Numbered from the stretch's first letter, positions 1 to 8,221 are shown. The stretch is 64,000 nt of DNA from an uncultured Gemmatimonadales bacterium (GCA_963695555.1 CAVOGR010000007.1:384001-448000), one strand, 5' to 3'. The notes: generated by a model from the letters alone, not told the origin. Numbers and translations: made by a program.

Positions 1-222
1 TCATCGTTGGGCACGGTCGGCAATTCCATTGCCGGCATCTTGGGTGGGGGCATCGGAGGGCAGCTCCTGGGGGTGTTGGGGGTCGCGGCGGCAAGCGGCG
101 GCGGTGGCGGCGGCATGGAATGGAGTGCGATCATCGGCAGCATTGCCGGCGGCGGGGTTGGTGGCGGCGTCCTGATGGCCGTCATCGGCATGATCAAGAA
201 GGCGATGGGCAAATCCGCGTAG
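1..222 (+). CDS. 3' part of small glycine-rich membrane protein (truncated by window edge)
   Basis: Open frame from position 1 to TAG 222; hydrophobic Gly-rich helices (GNSIAGILGGGIGGQLL...IAGGGVGGGVLMAVIGMIKK). Confidence 0.75.
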   Translation, partial: SSLGTVGNSIAGILGGGIGGQLLGVLGVAAASGGGGGGMEWSAIIGSIAGGGVGGGVLMAVIGMIKKAMGKSA

Positions 223-242
223 CTCTCTCGAACCAGCATGGC

Positions 243-277
243 GCCGGGGTGGCTCGGGAGAGCTGCCCCGGCATTTT
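243..277 (+). terminator. Putative intrinsic terminator
   Basis: GCCGGGGTGGCTC-ggga-GAGCTGCCCCGGC hairpin followed by ATTTT, just after the stop codon. Confidence 0.55.
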
Positions 278-407
278 GACGTCCCGAAGGTGACGTACCC
301 GGACGGGTTCCCGTGGTTCGAGGAGCTCACCGGTGAGACGAACAACCACAGAATTCGCTGAGGCGTTGGAACTGAAACGAAGTTGCGGAGCGTGGAGGGC
401 CTGGTCT

Positions 408-480
408 GCCCAACATTTGAGTTCAGCCGCGGGCGACGGCGTCAGGCCGTTGCACGTCGGCTGGGAGCGAAGCGTTAGGC
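408..480 (-). other. Integron attC recombination site (73 bp)
   Basis: Minus strand reads GCCTAAC (R'', RYYYAAC) ... imperfect palindrome CAGCCGACG/CGCGGCTG ... GTTGGGC (R', GTTRRRY); the TAA stop of the upstream ORF lies inside R''. Confidence 0.85.
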
Positions 481-821
481 GGCACGATCAACCTCTCGCT
501 TTCGGCGAGCCCTCCGGCGCGCAAGAAGGCGGATCAACGTAGCGAGTAGTACCAGGCCATATGCGGGAACCAGCAGTAGAAGGTCGAGCCGGATGTCGTA
601 GCGGGAAGGCATTGCCGTCTCATAGACGAACGCCACTGCGAGGGTAGGGATCGGAAGCAACGTTGCTAACCGGCCGGTCCTTTCGGCGCCAAGAGTTCCC
701 CATGGAACGATAGCCACAATCGCCATGAGCACGACGGCGATAAGAGAACAATTGAGGATGAGATTCCGCAGGGGATCTTGGACGTCGATGAGCATCTGGA
801 TCGAGACTCCGGGCCGTCTAA
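414..821 (-). mobile_element. Integron gene cassette without nearby integrase (CALIN-like)
   Basis: Bounded by G/TTAGAC (822-816) and G/TTGGGC (414-408); single ORF filling the cassette. Confidence 0.75.
475..795 (-). CDS. Integron cassette-encoded small membrane protein (106 aa, about 3 TM)
   Basis: ATG 795 with GGAG upstream, 20 nt after core site GTTAGAC; hydrophobic segments; stops within attC. Confidence 0.7.
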   Translation of the reverse strand: MLIDVQDPLRNLILNCSLIAVVLMAIVAIVPWGTLGAERTGRLATLLPIPTLAVAFVYETAMPSRYDIRLDLLLLVPAYGLVLLATLIRLLARRRARRKREVDRAA

Positions 822-925
822 CGAATGCCGCGTCAGTGGCGGGCCATCTGGCCCACCCGTTCACAAATGAACGACTCCCTTTGAAACCGGCAAGGCCCGG
901 CCACCTGCCGCCTCAAGTGTTATTG
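816..925 (-). other. Second, degenerate attC site
   Basis: Minus strand CAATAAC...CAG[G]TGGC[C]GGGCC...GGCCCGCCACTG...GTTAGAC: paired arms with two extrahelical bases, good R', non-canonical R''. Confidence 0.55.
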
Positions 926-945
926 AGCTCCCGAGGAGGGACTCG
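926..945 (-). repeat. 20-bp copy of tRNA-Asn 3' end (att remnant)
   Basis: AGCTCCCGAGGAGGGACTCG identical to 2621-2640. Confidence 0.8.
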
Positions 946-975
946 GAACGGATGAAGTAAGGCCTAGGAATTATG

Positions 976-1114
976 GGACTCGATCATAAGCCGGCGCAAA
1001 GCGCCGACGTTGACGAAGGCCCTCCTTGGGAGCACAAGAGAAGCCGGGCCAAAGCCCGGCTTCTTTCAGCTCCCGAGGAGGGACTCGAACCCCCGACCCC
1101 GTGATTAACAGTCA
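976..1114. repeat. 139-bp direct repeat copy 1 (3' half of tRNA-Asn plus downstream hairpins; att-like)
   Basis: Matches 2529-2667 with 4 mismatches by manual alignment; the match stops in the 5' strand of the anticodon stem. Confidence 0.9.
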
Positions 1115-1506
1115 GCAAAGGCGAGTTTGGGCCCGTTGGGGCCTGTTGTGTTATGTGTTGTAGTATAAAGACTTAGAGTACAATTGCGTGATGCCACGGT
1201 AGGGCCGATTTGCTCCTGTTTGGGGGAGTTGGCACACAAACGGCACACAAGATCGGCGGTGGGACTCAAGCAATCCTGCTCACACGTTTGGCTTGTCGAT
1301 GCCTAAGCCATCAGGCAGGGCTGAAACGCGCAAGATGCGCGTGTTGCACGACTTCTGCGCGCATGGTGCGCGTCCCACACCCCCAAAATGTGCGCCATGC
1401 GCAGATGAAAGTTGCACAGAAAGTGGCACACGCCTCAGGCGGGGTGCCGGGGCCGGCCGCTGGTAGCAGCTGAGGACGGTCTTTACAGGCGGCATGGACC
1501 TTGGCC

Positions 1507-1707
1507 CTAGCCGCCACAAGCGCATCCAGGTCCAACCAGGCAGGGAGTTCCATAAGGTGCGCACTGGCCATTACAAGCCTTCTCCCCTCCCCTACAGATC
1601 ACACAACAAGAACTGGGACTGGTCAGATCTGCGCACCCAGGGATGCCGCCGAGAAAAAGGGGCAGGGCCACGATGGTCAAAGCACCGAGCCTTCGAAGAC
1701 GTGACAT
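1507..1707 (-). CDS. Small secreted/lipoprotein Cys-rich peptide (66 aa)
   Basis: AGGAG RBS 8 nt before ATG 1707; signal peptide, then CCxxCxxxxxxCxxxCxxxxxxCxxxxGCAC. Confidence 0.65.
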   Translation of the reverse strand: MSRLRRLGALTIVALPLFLGGIPGCADLTSPSSCCVICRGGEKACNGQCAPYGTPCLVGPGCACGG

Positions 1708-1759
1708 GAGCATCTCTCCTAAATCGCCAGAACCTGCGATCACTGCATTACTGGCTCTA

Positions 1760-2128
1760 CTACGGAGTACTCCAAGAATCTCCGAGGTAATCCGCGTTCG
1801 CAGCGACAACAGCGAGACCAATGGCCGCAGCGAACCCGACAACCAACATCACGGTTTTATCCACTTGTACCTTCAAAGCCTCGACTCGCCTGACTTCTCC
1901 CAACGGCGCGCCTTTCATTTGCCCGCTCGCACGACCGAGGATGGAGTCATTCCGGACGATAGGGTTCTTCAAGACGAGCTTGTGTGTATCGGCGGTAGTG
2001 ACGCGAATCTGGGAAGGCTGTTCTTCCGCCACGAACTGCGCCGGAGCGACTGGTTGAACCTGCCAGCCGGTGCATGCACCTAGATAGAGAACCATTAAGG
2101 TCATGGCCAACGGTCGATTCGTGCGCAT
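1760..2128 (-). CDS. Hypothetical lipoprotein with C-terminal hydrophobic helix
   Basis: Strong RBS AGGAGGAG; lipobox LGAC. Confidence 0.75.
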   Translation of the reverse strand: MRTNRPLAMTLMVLYLGACTGWQVQPVAPAQFVAEEQPSQIRVTTADTHKLVLKNPIVRNDSILGRASGQMKGAPLGEVRRVEALKVQVDKTVMLVVGFAAAIGLAVVAANADYLGDSWSTP

Positions 2129-2347
2129 TTTCTCCTCCTGGAGAAGTGGAGGCCCAATGGGGTATCCCGATTCCTCTTCAGGTTAGGAATCCAGCGTCAA
2201 GCGCGGATCAAGCGGACGCACGAGGCTGCCCCTGAAACGCTGTGGCGGCTCAGGCGGGTACACAGATGGAGGGCGTCAGGAAGGCGGCGGTTGCGACATC
2301 TGTTGCGTCCGCCATGTGTCTTGTTCTAGGACGGACAGAATGGTCGG

Positions 2348-2394
2348 GGACTCGATCATAAGCCGGCGCAGAGCGCCGGCGTTGACGAAGGCCC
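2348..2394. repeat. 47-bp hairpin repeat (also at 976-1022 and 2529-2575; variant at 2459-2510)
   Basis: GGACTCGATCATAAGCCGGCGCAGAGCGCCGGCGTTGACGAAGGCCC. Confidence 0.85.
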
Positions 2395-2528
2395 CATTAC
2401 GACAGGGAGTCGTGAGGTAGGAGGTAGGGCGGTAGGGGGTGGAAAGTACGAACGCTGAGGACTCGATCGTGCTAAGGCGCGGTCAACGACCGTGCCTGCA
2501 CGACGAAGGCGCCATTGGCGGTGCTCGA

Positions 2529-2667
2529 GGACTCGATCATAAGCCGGCGCAGAGCGCCGGCGTTGACGAAGGCCCTCCTTGGGAGCACAAAAGAAGCCGG
2601 GCCAAAGCCCGGCTTCTTTCAGCTCCCGAGGAGGGACTCGAACCCCCGACCCGGTGATTAACAGTCA
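2529..2667. repeat. 139-bp direct repeat copy 2, overlapping the intact tRNA-Asn
   Basis: Near-identical to 976-1114. Confidence 0.9.
2591..2619. terminator. Terminator hairpin downstream of tRNA-Asn
   Basis: AAGAAGCCGGGC-caaa-GCCCGGCTTCTT with T-rich tail on minus strand. Confidence 0.7.
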
Positions 2668-2695
2668 CCTGCTCTACCAACTGAGCTACTCGGGA
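2623..2695 (-). tRNA. tRNA-Asn (GTT), CCA not encoded
   Basis: TCCCGAG acceptor stem, TAGCTCAGTTGGTAGAGC D-arm, GTGACT-GTT-AATCAC anticodon arm, GGTTCGAGTCC T-arm. Confidence 0.97.
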
Positions 2696-2706
2696 TCGCG
2701 TTCGGG

Positions 2707-2735
2707 AGGATAATCCCCGCCCATGCGGCGGTCAA
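2707..2735 (-). promoter_or_regulatory. Sigma70-type promoter for tRNA-Asn
   Basis: TTGACC-17 bp-TATCCT ending 11 bp upstream of the tRNA. Confidence 0.7.
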
Positions 2736-2777
2736 GCATAATCGCGGCCACTCTCAGCACATTCACCGGACCGCCCG

Positions 2778-3066
2778 TTCTCCACACCATCCACGCTGTC
2801 TTCCACGCTCAATCCACCTTATCCTCGCCGTCCACATGGCGCTCGCCCTCCCGACCCGGATGCTGCTCATCGGGCGAACCTGGCACTGTGCAATAACGCC
2901 ACTATCGCAACATCATCGACCCATCGAGTCTTTGTCGAATGGCAACAGCCCAGAGAGGACCACAAGTGGAAACAAAGTGAATATTCACTTATATTAGCCT
3001 GCCCGCAATCGGCCACACCCGTGACAACTCTTGCACGGAGTCGCCAACGTAACATGTTGTGGAAAA
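2778..3066. promoter_or_regulatory. Cluster of DnaA-box-like 9-mers (candidate oriC or DnaA-regulated region)
   Basis: Tandem TTCTCCACA, CCATCCACG, TCTTCCACG, CAATCCACC, TTATCCTCG, CCGTCCACA (2778-2836); perfect TTTTCCACA on minus strand 3058-3066; AT-rich core with palindrome 2975-2990. Confidence 0.5.
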
Positions 3067-3121
3067 AGATGTTACAAAATCAACCCTACCATTATCGTGG
3101 CCCGATTTTAGCTTCGTAGCC

Positions 3122-4210
3122 ATGACATTACACCACCTGGTCGGCCACCACGAGGCCCGACGGAGGCTGGCCCGGGCACACGCCCAGGGCCGCCTGCCCC
3201 AAGTGCTCCTGGTGAGCGGACCCAAGGGGGTCGGCAAGCAGCGCCTGGCGCTCTGGCTCGCGCAGCTGATGTTCTGCGAACAGCCGGATGAGGAGCCGTG
3301 CGGCGTCTGTCGGCAGTGCCAGCTGGTGACCCGGCTTGGGCACGTCGACCTCCACTGGATGGTCCCGATCCTCCGCCCCAAGGCGGCGGACCACGACCGG
3401 CAGGTGGAAGAAGCGGCGCAGTTGGTGGCCCAGGCAGTGGACGAGCGGCGGAAGACACCGCTCTACGGGCCGCCGGACGGCATGGCCAGCCACGGGGTGG
3501 CGGTTGCCCGGCTCATCGCCCGGCGCGCGTCCCTGACCCCGGTGGAGGGTCGCCGGAAGGTGTTCATCGTGGGCGACGCCGAGCGTTTGGTGCCACAGGA
3601 GGCGAGTCCGGAGGCCGCCAACGCCCTGCTCAAGCTGCTGGAGGAGCCGCCGGCGGATACGGTCTTCATTCTGACGGCCGCGGACCCGAAGGCGCTCCTC
3701 CCGACGGTGCGATCCCGCGCGGTGCCGCTCAGACTGAGGCCGCTGGCCGATGACGAAGTCCGAGGATTTCTCGAAAGCCAGCTGGACCCGCCCCTCGAGG
3801 GCGCGGTGCTGGATGAACGGGTGGCGTTGGCGGAGGGCTCGATCGGCCGAGCGCTGTGGGAGGTGGACGAGGCGGCGAAGGCCCGCGCCGAGGCGCTCGA
3901 GTTCCTGGGTGCGGCACTCGGCGACCGGGCTCAGCTGTTGGAACGGGCGCTGAAGCAGGCGCCCTGGTCGGCGCGGGGCGATTTCACCGGCATGCTGCAG
4001 GCCCTCGGCGAGGCCCTGTCGGACGCCGCCAGAACCGCCCTGGCCCAGGAACCGCGGCGGCCCGTGCCGGGTTTCCTGCACGGACGCGAACCAGCGGCCC
4101 TGGCGCGGGCGCTGACCCTGGTGGCGGACGCGGAGGAGGCGGCTCAGGGAAATGTGAATCCTCAGCTTCTGCTCGCCGTACTAGGGGAGAAGCTGGGAGC
4201 GACCCTATGA
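3122..4210 (+). CDS. holB: DNA polymerase III subunit delta-prime
   Basis: GPKGVGK, C..PCGxCxxC Zn module, AANALLKLLEEPP, LLPTVRSR. Confidence 0.9.
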   Translation: MTLHHLVGHHEARRRLARAHAQGRLPQVLLVSGPKGVGKQRLALWLAQLMFCEQPDEEPCGVCRQCQLVTRLGHVDLHWMVPILRPKAADHDRQVEEAAQLVAQAVDERRKTPLYGPPDGMASHGVAVARLIARRASLTPVEGRRKVFIVGDAERLVPQEASPEAANALLKLLEEPPADTVFILTAADPKALLPTVRSRAVPLRLRPLADDEVRGFLESQLDPPLEGAVLDERVALAEGSIGRALWEVDEAAKARAEALEFLGAALGDRAQLLERALKQAPWSARGDFTGMLQALGEALSDAARTALAQEPRRPVPGFLHGREPAALARALTLVADAEEAAQGNVNPQLLLAVLGEKLGATL

Positions 4211-4680
4211 AGCTGTCCCACGTGGACGAGGCCGGGCGGGCCAAGATGGTGGACGTCGGTACCAAGCCGGAGACGGCCCGCGCCGCCGTTGCGGAGGGCG
4301 TCGTCCGGATGTCCCGCGAGGCGTTCGAGTTGGTGGAACGTCATGCGGTCGCAAAGGGAGATGTCTTGGCCACCGCCGAACTGGGCGGGACCATGGGGGC
4401 GAAGCGCACGGGAGAGTTGATTCCCCTGTGCCACCCCATCGTGCTCGACCACGTGGCGGTGAGCGCGGCCTTGGCACCGGAACTCCCGGGTGTCCGGATC
4501 ACCGCGAGCGCCAAAGCGGTCGGACGGACGGGTGTGGAGATGGAAGCGCTGACGGCTGCGGCTGTCGCGTGCCTGACCGTCTATGACATGGTCAAGGCGG
4601 TAGATCGCTCGATGACCATCGAGCACGTACGGCTCGTCGAGAAGACGGGCGGAACACGAGGAGACTGGCGTCGCGACTGA
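4207..4680 (+). CDS. moaC: Cyclic pyranopterin monophosphate synthase
   Basis: LSHVDEAGRAKMVDVGTK, LIPLCHP, TGVEMEAL, YDMVKAVD. Confidence 0.96.
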   Translation: MKLSHVDEAGRAKMVDVGTKPETARAAVAEGVVRMSREAFELVERHAVAKGDVLATAELGGTMGAKRTGELIPLCHPIVLDHVAVSAALAPELPGVRITASAKAVGRTGVEMEALTAAAVACLTVYDMVKAVDRSMTIEHVRLVEKTGGTRGDWRRD

Positions 4681-4715
4681 CGCGGCTGCCATGACCAATA
4701 CACGGAGGTCAGTGA

Positions 4716-5387
4716 ATGACGACTGCGGACCGGAACAGTAAGCGCAAGCGCCTCGGCACTCCGCCGCTCCTGGCGCGTGGCGTCCTACTCGTCGGCGCAA
4801 CGGTCGCCATAGCGGCCCTGGCAGGCTGGGGCCACCGGGTGCGGGCAAGCGACGGCAACGTGCTGCCCTCGTATGAGGTCCTGTCCCGCGGCGTGCGGAG
4901 TCTCTGGTCGGACCTCGAGACTGCCCGGGGCGAGCTGGCGACCACGCAGCTGGAATTGGCTCGCGCTAAGTCGATTCTGCATTATTCGGAGCAATACCAG
5001 ATTCCGGCCGATCTGACCGCCGCGATCTACGATATCGCGCTGAGCGAGGGAATCAGTCCGGATGTCGGATTTCGTCTGGTGCAGGTGGAGAGCGGCTTCA
5101 AGCAGCGCGCCACCAGCCATGCCGATGCCGTTGGCTACACGCAGCTGCGTCTGGCTACCGCTCGGTTCTACGACCCGTCGCTCGAGCAGGAGCGGTTGTA
5201 TGACCGGGACATCAACCTGCGGCTCGGCTTCCGCTTCCTGCGCGACTTGATGCAGGTGTTCGACAACGACTTCCGCTACGCCTTGCTGGCGTACAACCGT
5301 GGGCCGGCCCGGGTGCGCGAAATCCTCGCCGCCGGCGGCAATCCCGCAAACGGCTACGCCACGGCCATCCTGGGCCGATCCAGGTAG
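4716..5387 (+). CDS. SLT-domain lytic transglycosylase, membrane anchored
   Basis: VESGF, GYTQL and AYNRG motifs; N-terminal TM. Confidence 0.88.
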   Translation: MTTADRNSKRKRLGTPPLLARGVLLVGATVAIAALAGWGHRVRASDGNVLPSYEVLSRGVRSLWSDLETARGELATTQLELARAKSILHYSEQYQIPADLTAAIYDIALSEGISPDVGFRLVQVESGFKQRATSHADAVGYTQLRLATARFYDPSLEQERLYDRDINLRLGFRFLRDLMQVFDNDFRYALLAYNRGPARVREILAAGGNPANGYATAILGRSR

Positions 5388-5412
5388 CGCTGCAACAGGG
5401 CACCGATGCAAG

Positions 5413-5444
5413 AGGGTGGGCGCCGAACCGGCGCCCACCCTTTT
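5413..5444. terminator. Intrinsic terminator between convergent genes
   Basis: AGGGTGGGCGCCG-aac-CGGCGCCCACCCT followed by TTT. Confidence 0.8.
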
Positions 5445-5479
5445 GCGTTTCGTAACGCGTCCCTCAGGACGCCATTAGC

Positions 5480-6958
5480 TCAGCCCTGAGGTGCCACCCG
5501 AAGGCGCTGCCCGACCCTTATGGTGCTGCTGGTCAGGCCGTTCCACTCACGGAGCTGTTGGCGCGTGATCCCATACCGGTTGGCGATCAGCCAGATCGAT
5601 TCTCCGGATCGGACCCGATGGTACCGTGCACCGCTTGCAGCAGCCCGTTTGGGCGCGGAGCGCACGCCCTTGGGTATGGTCCCACTCGTTGGGACGATGA
5701 GACGCGTGCCGATCCTGAGCGCGCGTGGTTTCACCTTGGGATTGGCGTCGCGGAGGAGAGTCAGCGACACGCCGTACCGCTTGGCGATGTGCCCGAGGGT
5801 TTCACCGGACCGGACCACGTGTTCGAGGAAGGTCACCCGGTCCTTGACGGGAAGCTCTGCGTACTTGGCGGCGGTCATTTCGCCGGTGCCCAGCGGCAGC
5901 CGGACCAAGGTTGCCCGACCCGGCGCGGTTGCCATGCGGCGTACTTGCGGATTCAAAGCCTGGATCGCCCGCACCGACGTGTCGGCCAGGCGCGCGACAA
6001 CATCGAGGCCGGTGGCGTCGGGCACGATAATGGAATCGTAGACCAAGGGTTCCGGAGGCAACAGCGGCGGGAAGCCATACTTTTCCGGCTCCTTGGCGAT
6101 GAGGGCCGCGGCAATCAGCTTCGGCACGTAGTCCTTGGTTTCCCGCCGCAGATAGCGCGTGTCGGAAAGACGAAAGAACGTGTCTTCGACGTCCGCGTCG
6201 ACCGCTTCATCAGCATCGTCGGCCGGTAGCCGGCGGAGACCTCGCGAGACCTTTCCGGCGCCGGCGTTGTAGGCTGCCGCGGCCAAGTAGAGCGAGCCGA
6301 ACCGGTCACGTAGATCGGCGAGATGGTGCGCGGCGGCTTTCGTAGCCTTGTAAGGGTCGCGGCGTTCGTCGATCCACGAATCGACCCTGAGCCCGTACAT
6401 GGTGGCGGTACCCTTCATGAATTGCCACATGCCCGTAGCCCGCGAGCGGCTCACCGCGGAATTCGAGAGGCCGCTCTCAATCAGTGCGAGGTATACCAGG
6501 TCGCCCGGGAGGTCCCGTTGGCGGAGCTCCTCGCGGATCATGTCCTCGTAGTGCGGGAGGCGTTGCAGCCAAATGCCAAACCGGTCCCGGGCCTTGCCTT
6601 GGAAGAAGTCGAGATAGAACTGGACGCGCTCGTGGTTCAGGTAGGGTTCGACGGCAATGTCCCACGTGACGGGCGAGGCTTCTAGGGCGTTGGGCCCGCC
6701 TGCCGCATCCATCCCGCGAACCGCGGCGATGGCATTGCCCTCAGGCCTCGATTCATCGAGCCACTCGAGCACCGCCGCGTCGGCCGCGGAGTCCTCCGTT
6801 GCCATGAGGAACTCGGTGGTTGCCACGCCGGCGAGGTCCGGGGCGGGGGGCACCTCGACGATGGGCGCGGGCGGTGGGCTCGCGGCCTCGGGAACGGGAC
6901 TCGCTCCGGCACAGGCACCGAGCACACAGACCCCAGCCAGGACTGATAGCCGTTTCAT
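5480..6958 (-). CDS. MltD-like lytic transglycosylase lipoprotein with two LysM domains
   Basis: Lipobox LGAC; IESG, GMWQFM, AYNAG, ETKDYVPK; two LysM repeats. Confidence 0.92.
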   Translation of the reverse strand: MKRLSVLAGVCVLGACAGASPVPEAASPPPAPIVEVPPAPDLAGVATTEFLMATEDSAADAAVLEWLDESRPEGNAIAAVRGMDAAGGPNALEASPVTWDIAVEPYLNHERVQFYLDFFQGKARDRFGIWLQRLPHYEDMIREELRQRDLPGDLVYLALIESGLSNSAVSRSRATGMWQFMKGTATMYGLRVDSWIDERRDPYKATKAAAHHLADLRDRFGSLYLAAAAYNAGAGKVSRGLRRLPADDADEAVDADVEDTFFRLSDTRYLRRETKDYVPKLIAAALIAKEPEKYGFPPLLPPEPLVYDSIIVPDATGLDVVARLADTSVRAIQALNPQVRRMATAPGRATLVRLPLGTGEMTAAKYAELPVKDRVTFLEHVVRSGETLGHIAKRYGVSLTLLRDANPKVKPRALRIGTRLIVPTSGTIPKGVRSAPKRAAASGARYHRVRSGESIWLIANRYGITRQQLREWNGLTSSTIRVGQRLRVAPQG

Positions 6959-7008
6959 TGCTGGCACAACCCTCCGGTTCTACGAATCAGCCTGGTGTGG
7001 TGCCGCGA

Positions 7009-7509
7009 CTAGCGCATAAAGAAACGATTCCCCAGGACGCGATTGGTCGCATTCAGGACGGCGAGCGCGGCCGCTCTCGCCAAATCGTCCTCGGTCAGAA
7101 CCGAGCCAACGAGGTGCTTCTGCTCATCTCCCTGCTTTGCCTCGAGCGATACGATAACCACGTGGGCATCGAATGCCCGGACCGCCTTCGCGCCCAGCAG
7201 GTCGAATTCACTGCCGCTGTCCACCGCCTGGCTCAGCGCGGTTACACAGGCCTGAGCCGCGCAGCGCAGCTCGCCGGCGCTCGACATCAGGCCCTCAGCG
7301 TCCCCTGTGAACTGCTCTCCGGTGGACCACGTCAGCACCACGTGGGCCTGGCAGCGCCCGTTGGGGAGCCGCTCCATGGAGAAATCCGCGAAGCGAATGC
7401 GCTCGCGGCGCATGTCGGGTTGACTGGGCATGGTGCCGTTTGAGTCCGTCGAGACGGTGTTCCCCTTCGGGGGGGTCATTGCCGGCTTCCGGCCGGCCTT
7501 CTCCACCAT
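7009..7509 (-). CDS. Hypothetical protein (start uncertain)
   Basis: Coding-like frame ending ARAAALAVLNATNR; no function recognised. Confidence 0.7.
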   Translation of the reverse strand: MVEKAGRKPAMTPPKGNTVSTDSNGTMPSQPDMRRERIRFADFSMERLPNGRCQAHVVLTWSTGEQFTGDAEGLMSSAGELRCAAQACVTALSQAVDSGSEFDLLGAKAVRAFDAHVVIVSLEAKQGDEQKHLVGSVLTEDDLARAAALAVLNATNRVLGNRFFMR

Positions 7510-7643
7510 CCAACGCGCAAACCGTGCCAGCCTGCGGGCGCCCTTACGGGGCCCGCATCCCCTTGCCCGTCAACGGCTTCTATCGCTCCACCCGGGGGGC
7601 CGGCCCCCGAGTATTCCCGAGATTCAGGGCTATCTGCGAGACC

Positions 7644-7904
7644 TCAGGCCGTCTGGCCGCTCGGCTCGAACCGGACCTCCAGTTGGCGGCCTCGTTCCAG
7701 CGGCTGCCGCACCACATCGACCTCCAGCCGGGGCTGCCCAGACTCGTCCAGGTTGACGCTGATGACCGTGATCAGCCCGTCCGCGAGCTCGATGCGAAGC
7801 TGCCGGAAATCGGACCGCATGATGGAGTGGAGGATGGGCTGGCCTCGCAACTGGGCGAGGGCTTCCGCGACGCGCCGGAAGTCTTGCAGCGGGACTTGGC
7901 TCAT
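7644..7904 (-). CDS. Hypothetical protein (86 aa)
   Basis: ATG with GAGG upstream, 14 bp after preceding ORF. Confidence 0.7.
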   Translation of the reverse strand: MSQVPLQDFRRVAEALAQLRGQPILHSIMRSDFRQLRIELADGLITVISVNLDESGQPRLEVDVVRQPLERGRQLEVRFEPSGQTA

Positions 7905-7918
7905 CGGACCCTCGATCC

Positions 7919-8158
7919 TTACTCGACGTGCTCGGCGAGCAATTCGGCCAACCGGTCATCGGAAATCCGTTCGGCCTGGGCAAAGAGGGACGATTTCGAG
8001 GATGACTGCAGCGGGTAGGGCTTCCAGAACGAGGTCGACGGCTGACCGGCCGAGCGAAATGCGAGAACAAGCTGCCACAGCGTCATGTTGGCAGATCGCT
8101 CCGCGGCCACGCTCACTTTCCAAACCTGGTCTTGATGCTCCAGTACTCGCCACGCCAT
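7919..8158 (-). CDS. Hypothetical protein (79 aa)
   Basis: MAWRVLEHQDQVWKVSV...; downstream of sigma54-like promoter. Confidence 0.7.
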   Translation of the reverse strand: MAWRVLEHQDQVWKVSVAAERSANMTLWQLVLAFRSAGQPSTSFWKPYPLQSSSKSSLFAQAERISDDRLAELLAEHVE

Positions 8159-8221
8159 GGGACTACCCCGAGTCGTTCGTGTCGGAAAGGGGCGGCCAAT
8201 ATGCCCCGTAATAAGATCCTT

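Noticed and set aside
1070..1114. Second functional tRNA-Asn
   Set aside because: Only the 3' part is present; D-arm and 5' acceptor strand are missing.
976..2575. Repeats near tRNA-Asn as a CRISPR array
   Set aside because: Irregular spacing, few copies, variable internal stem and no cas genes.
2975..2990. Rex operator
   Set aside because: Rex sites have a 4-bp spacer between TGTGAA and TTCACA; this palindrome has a 2-bp spacer and different flanks.
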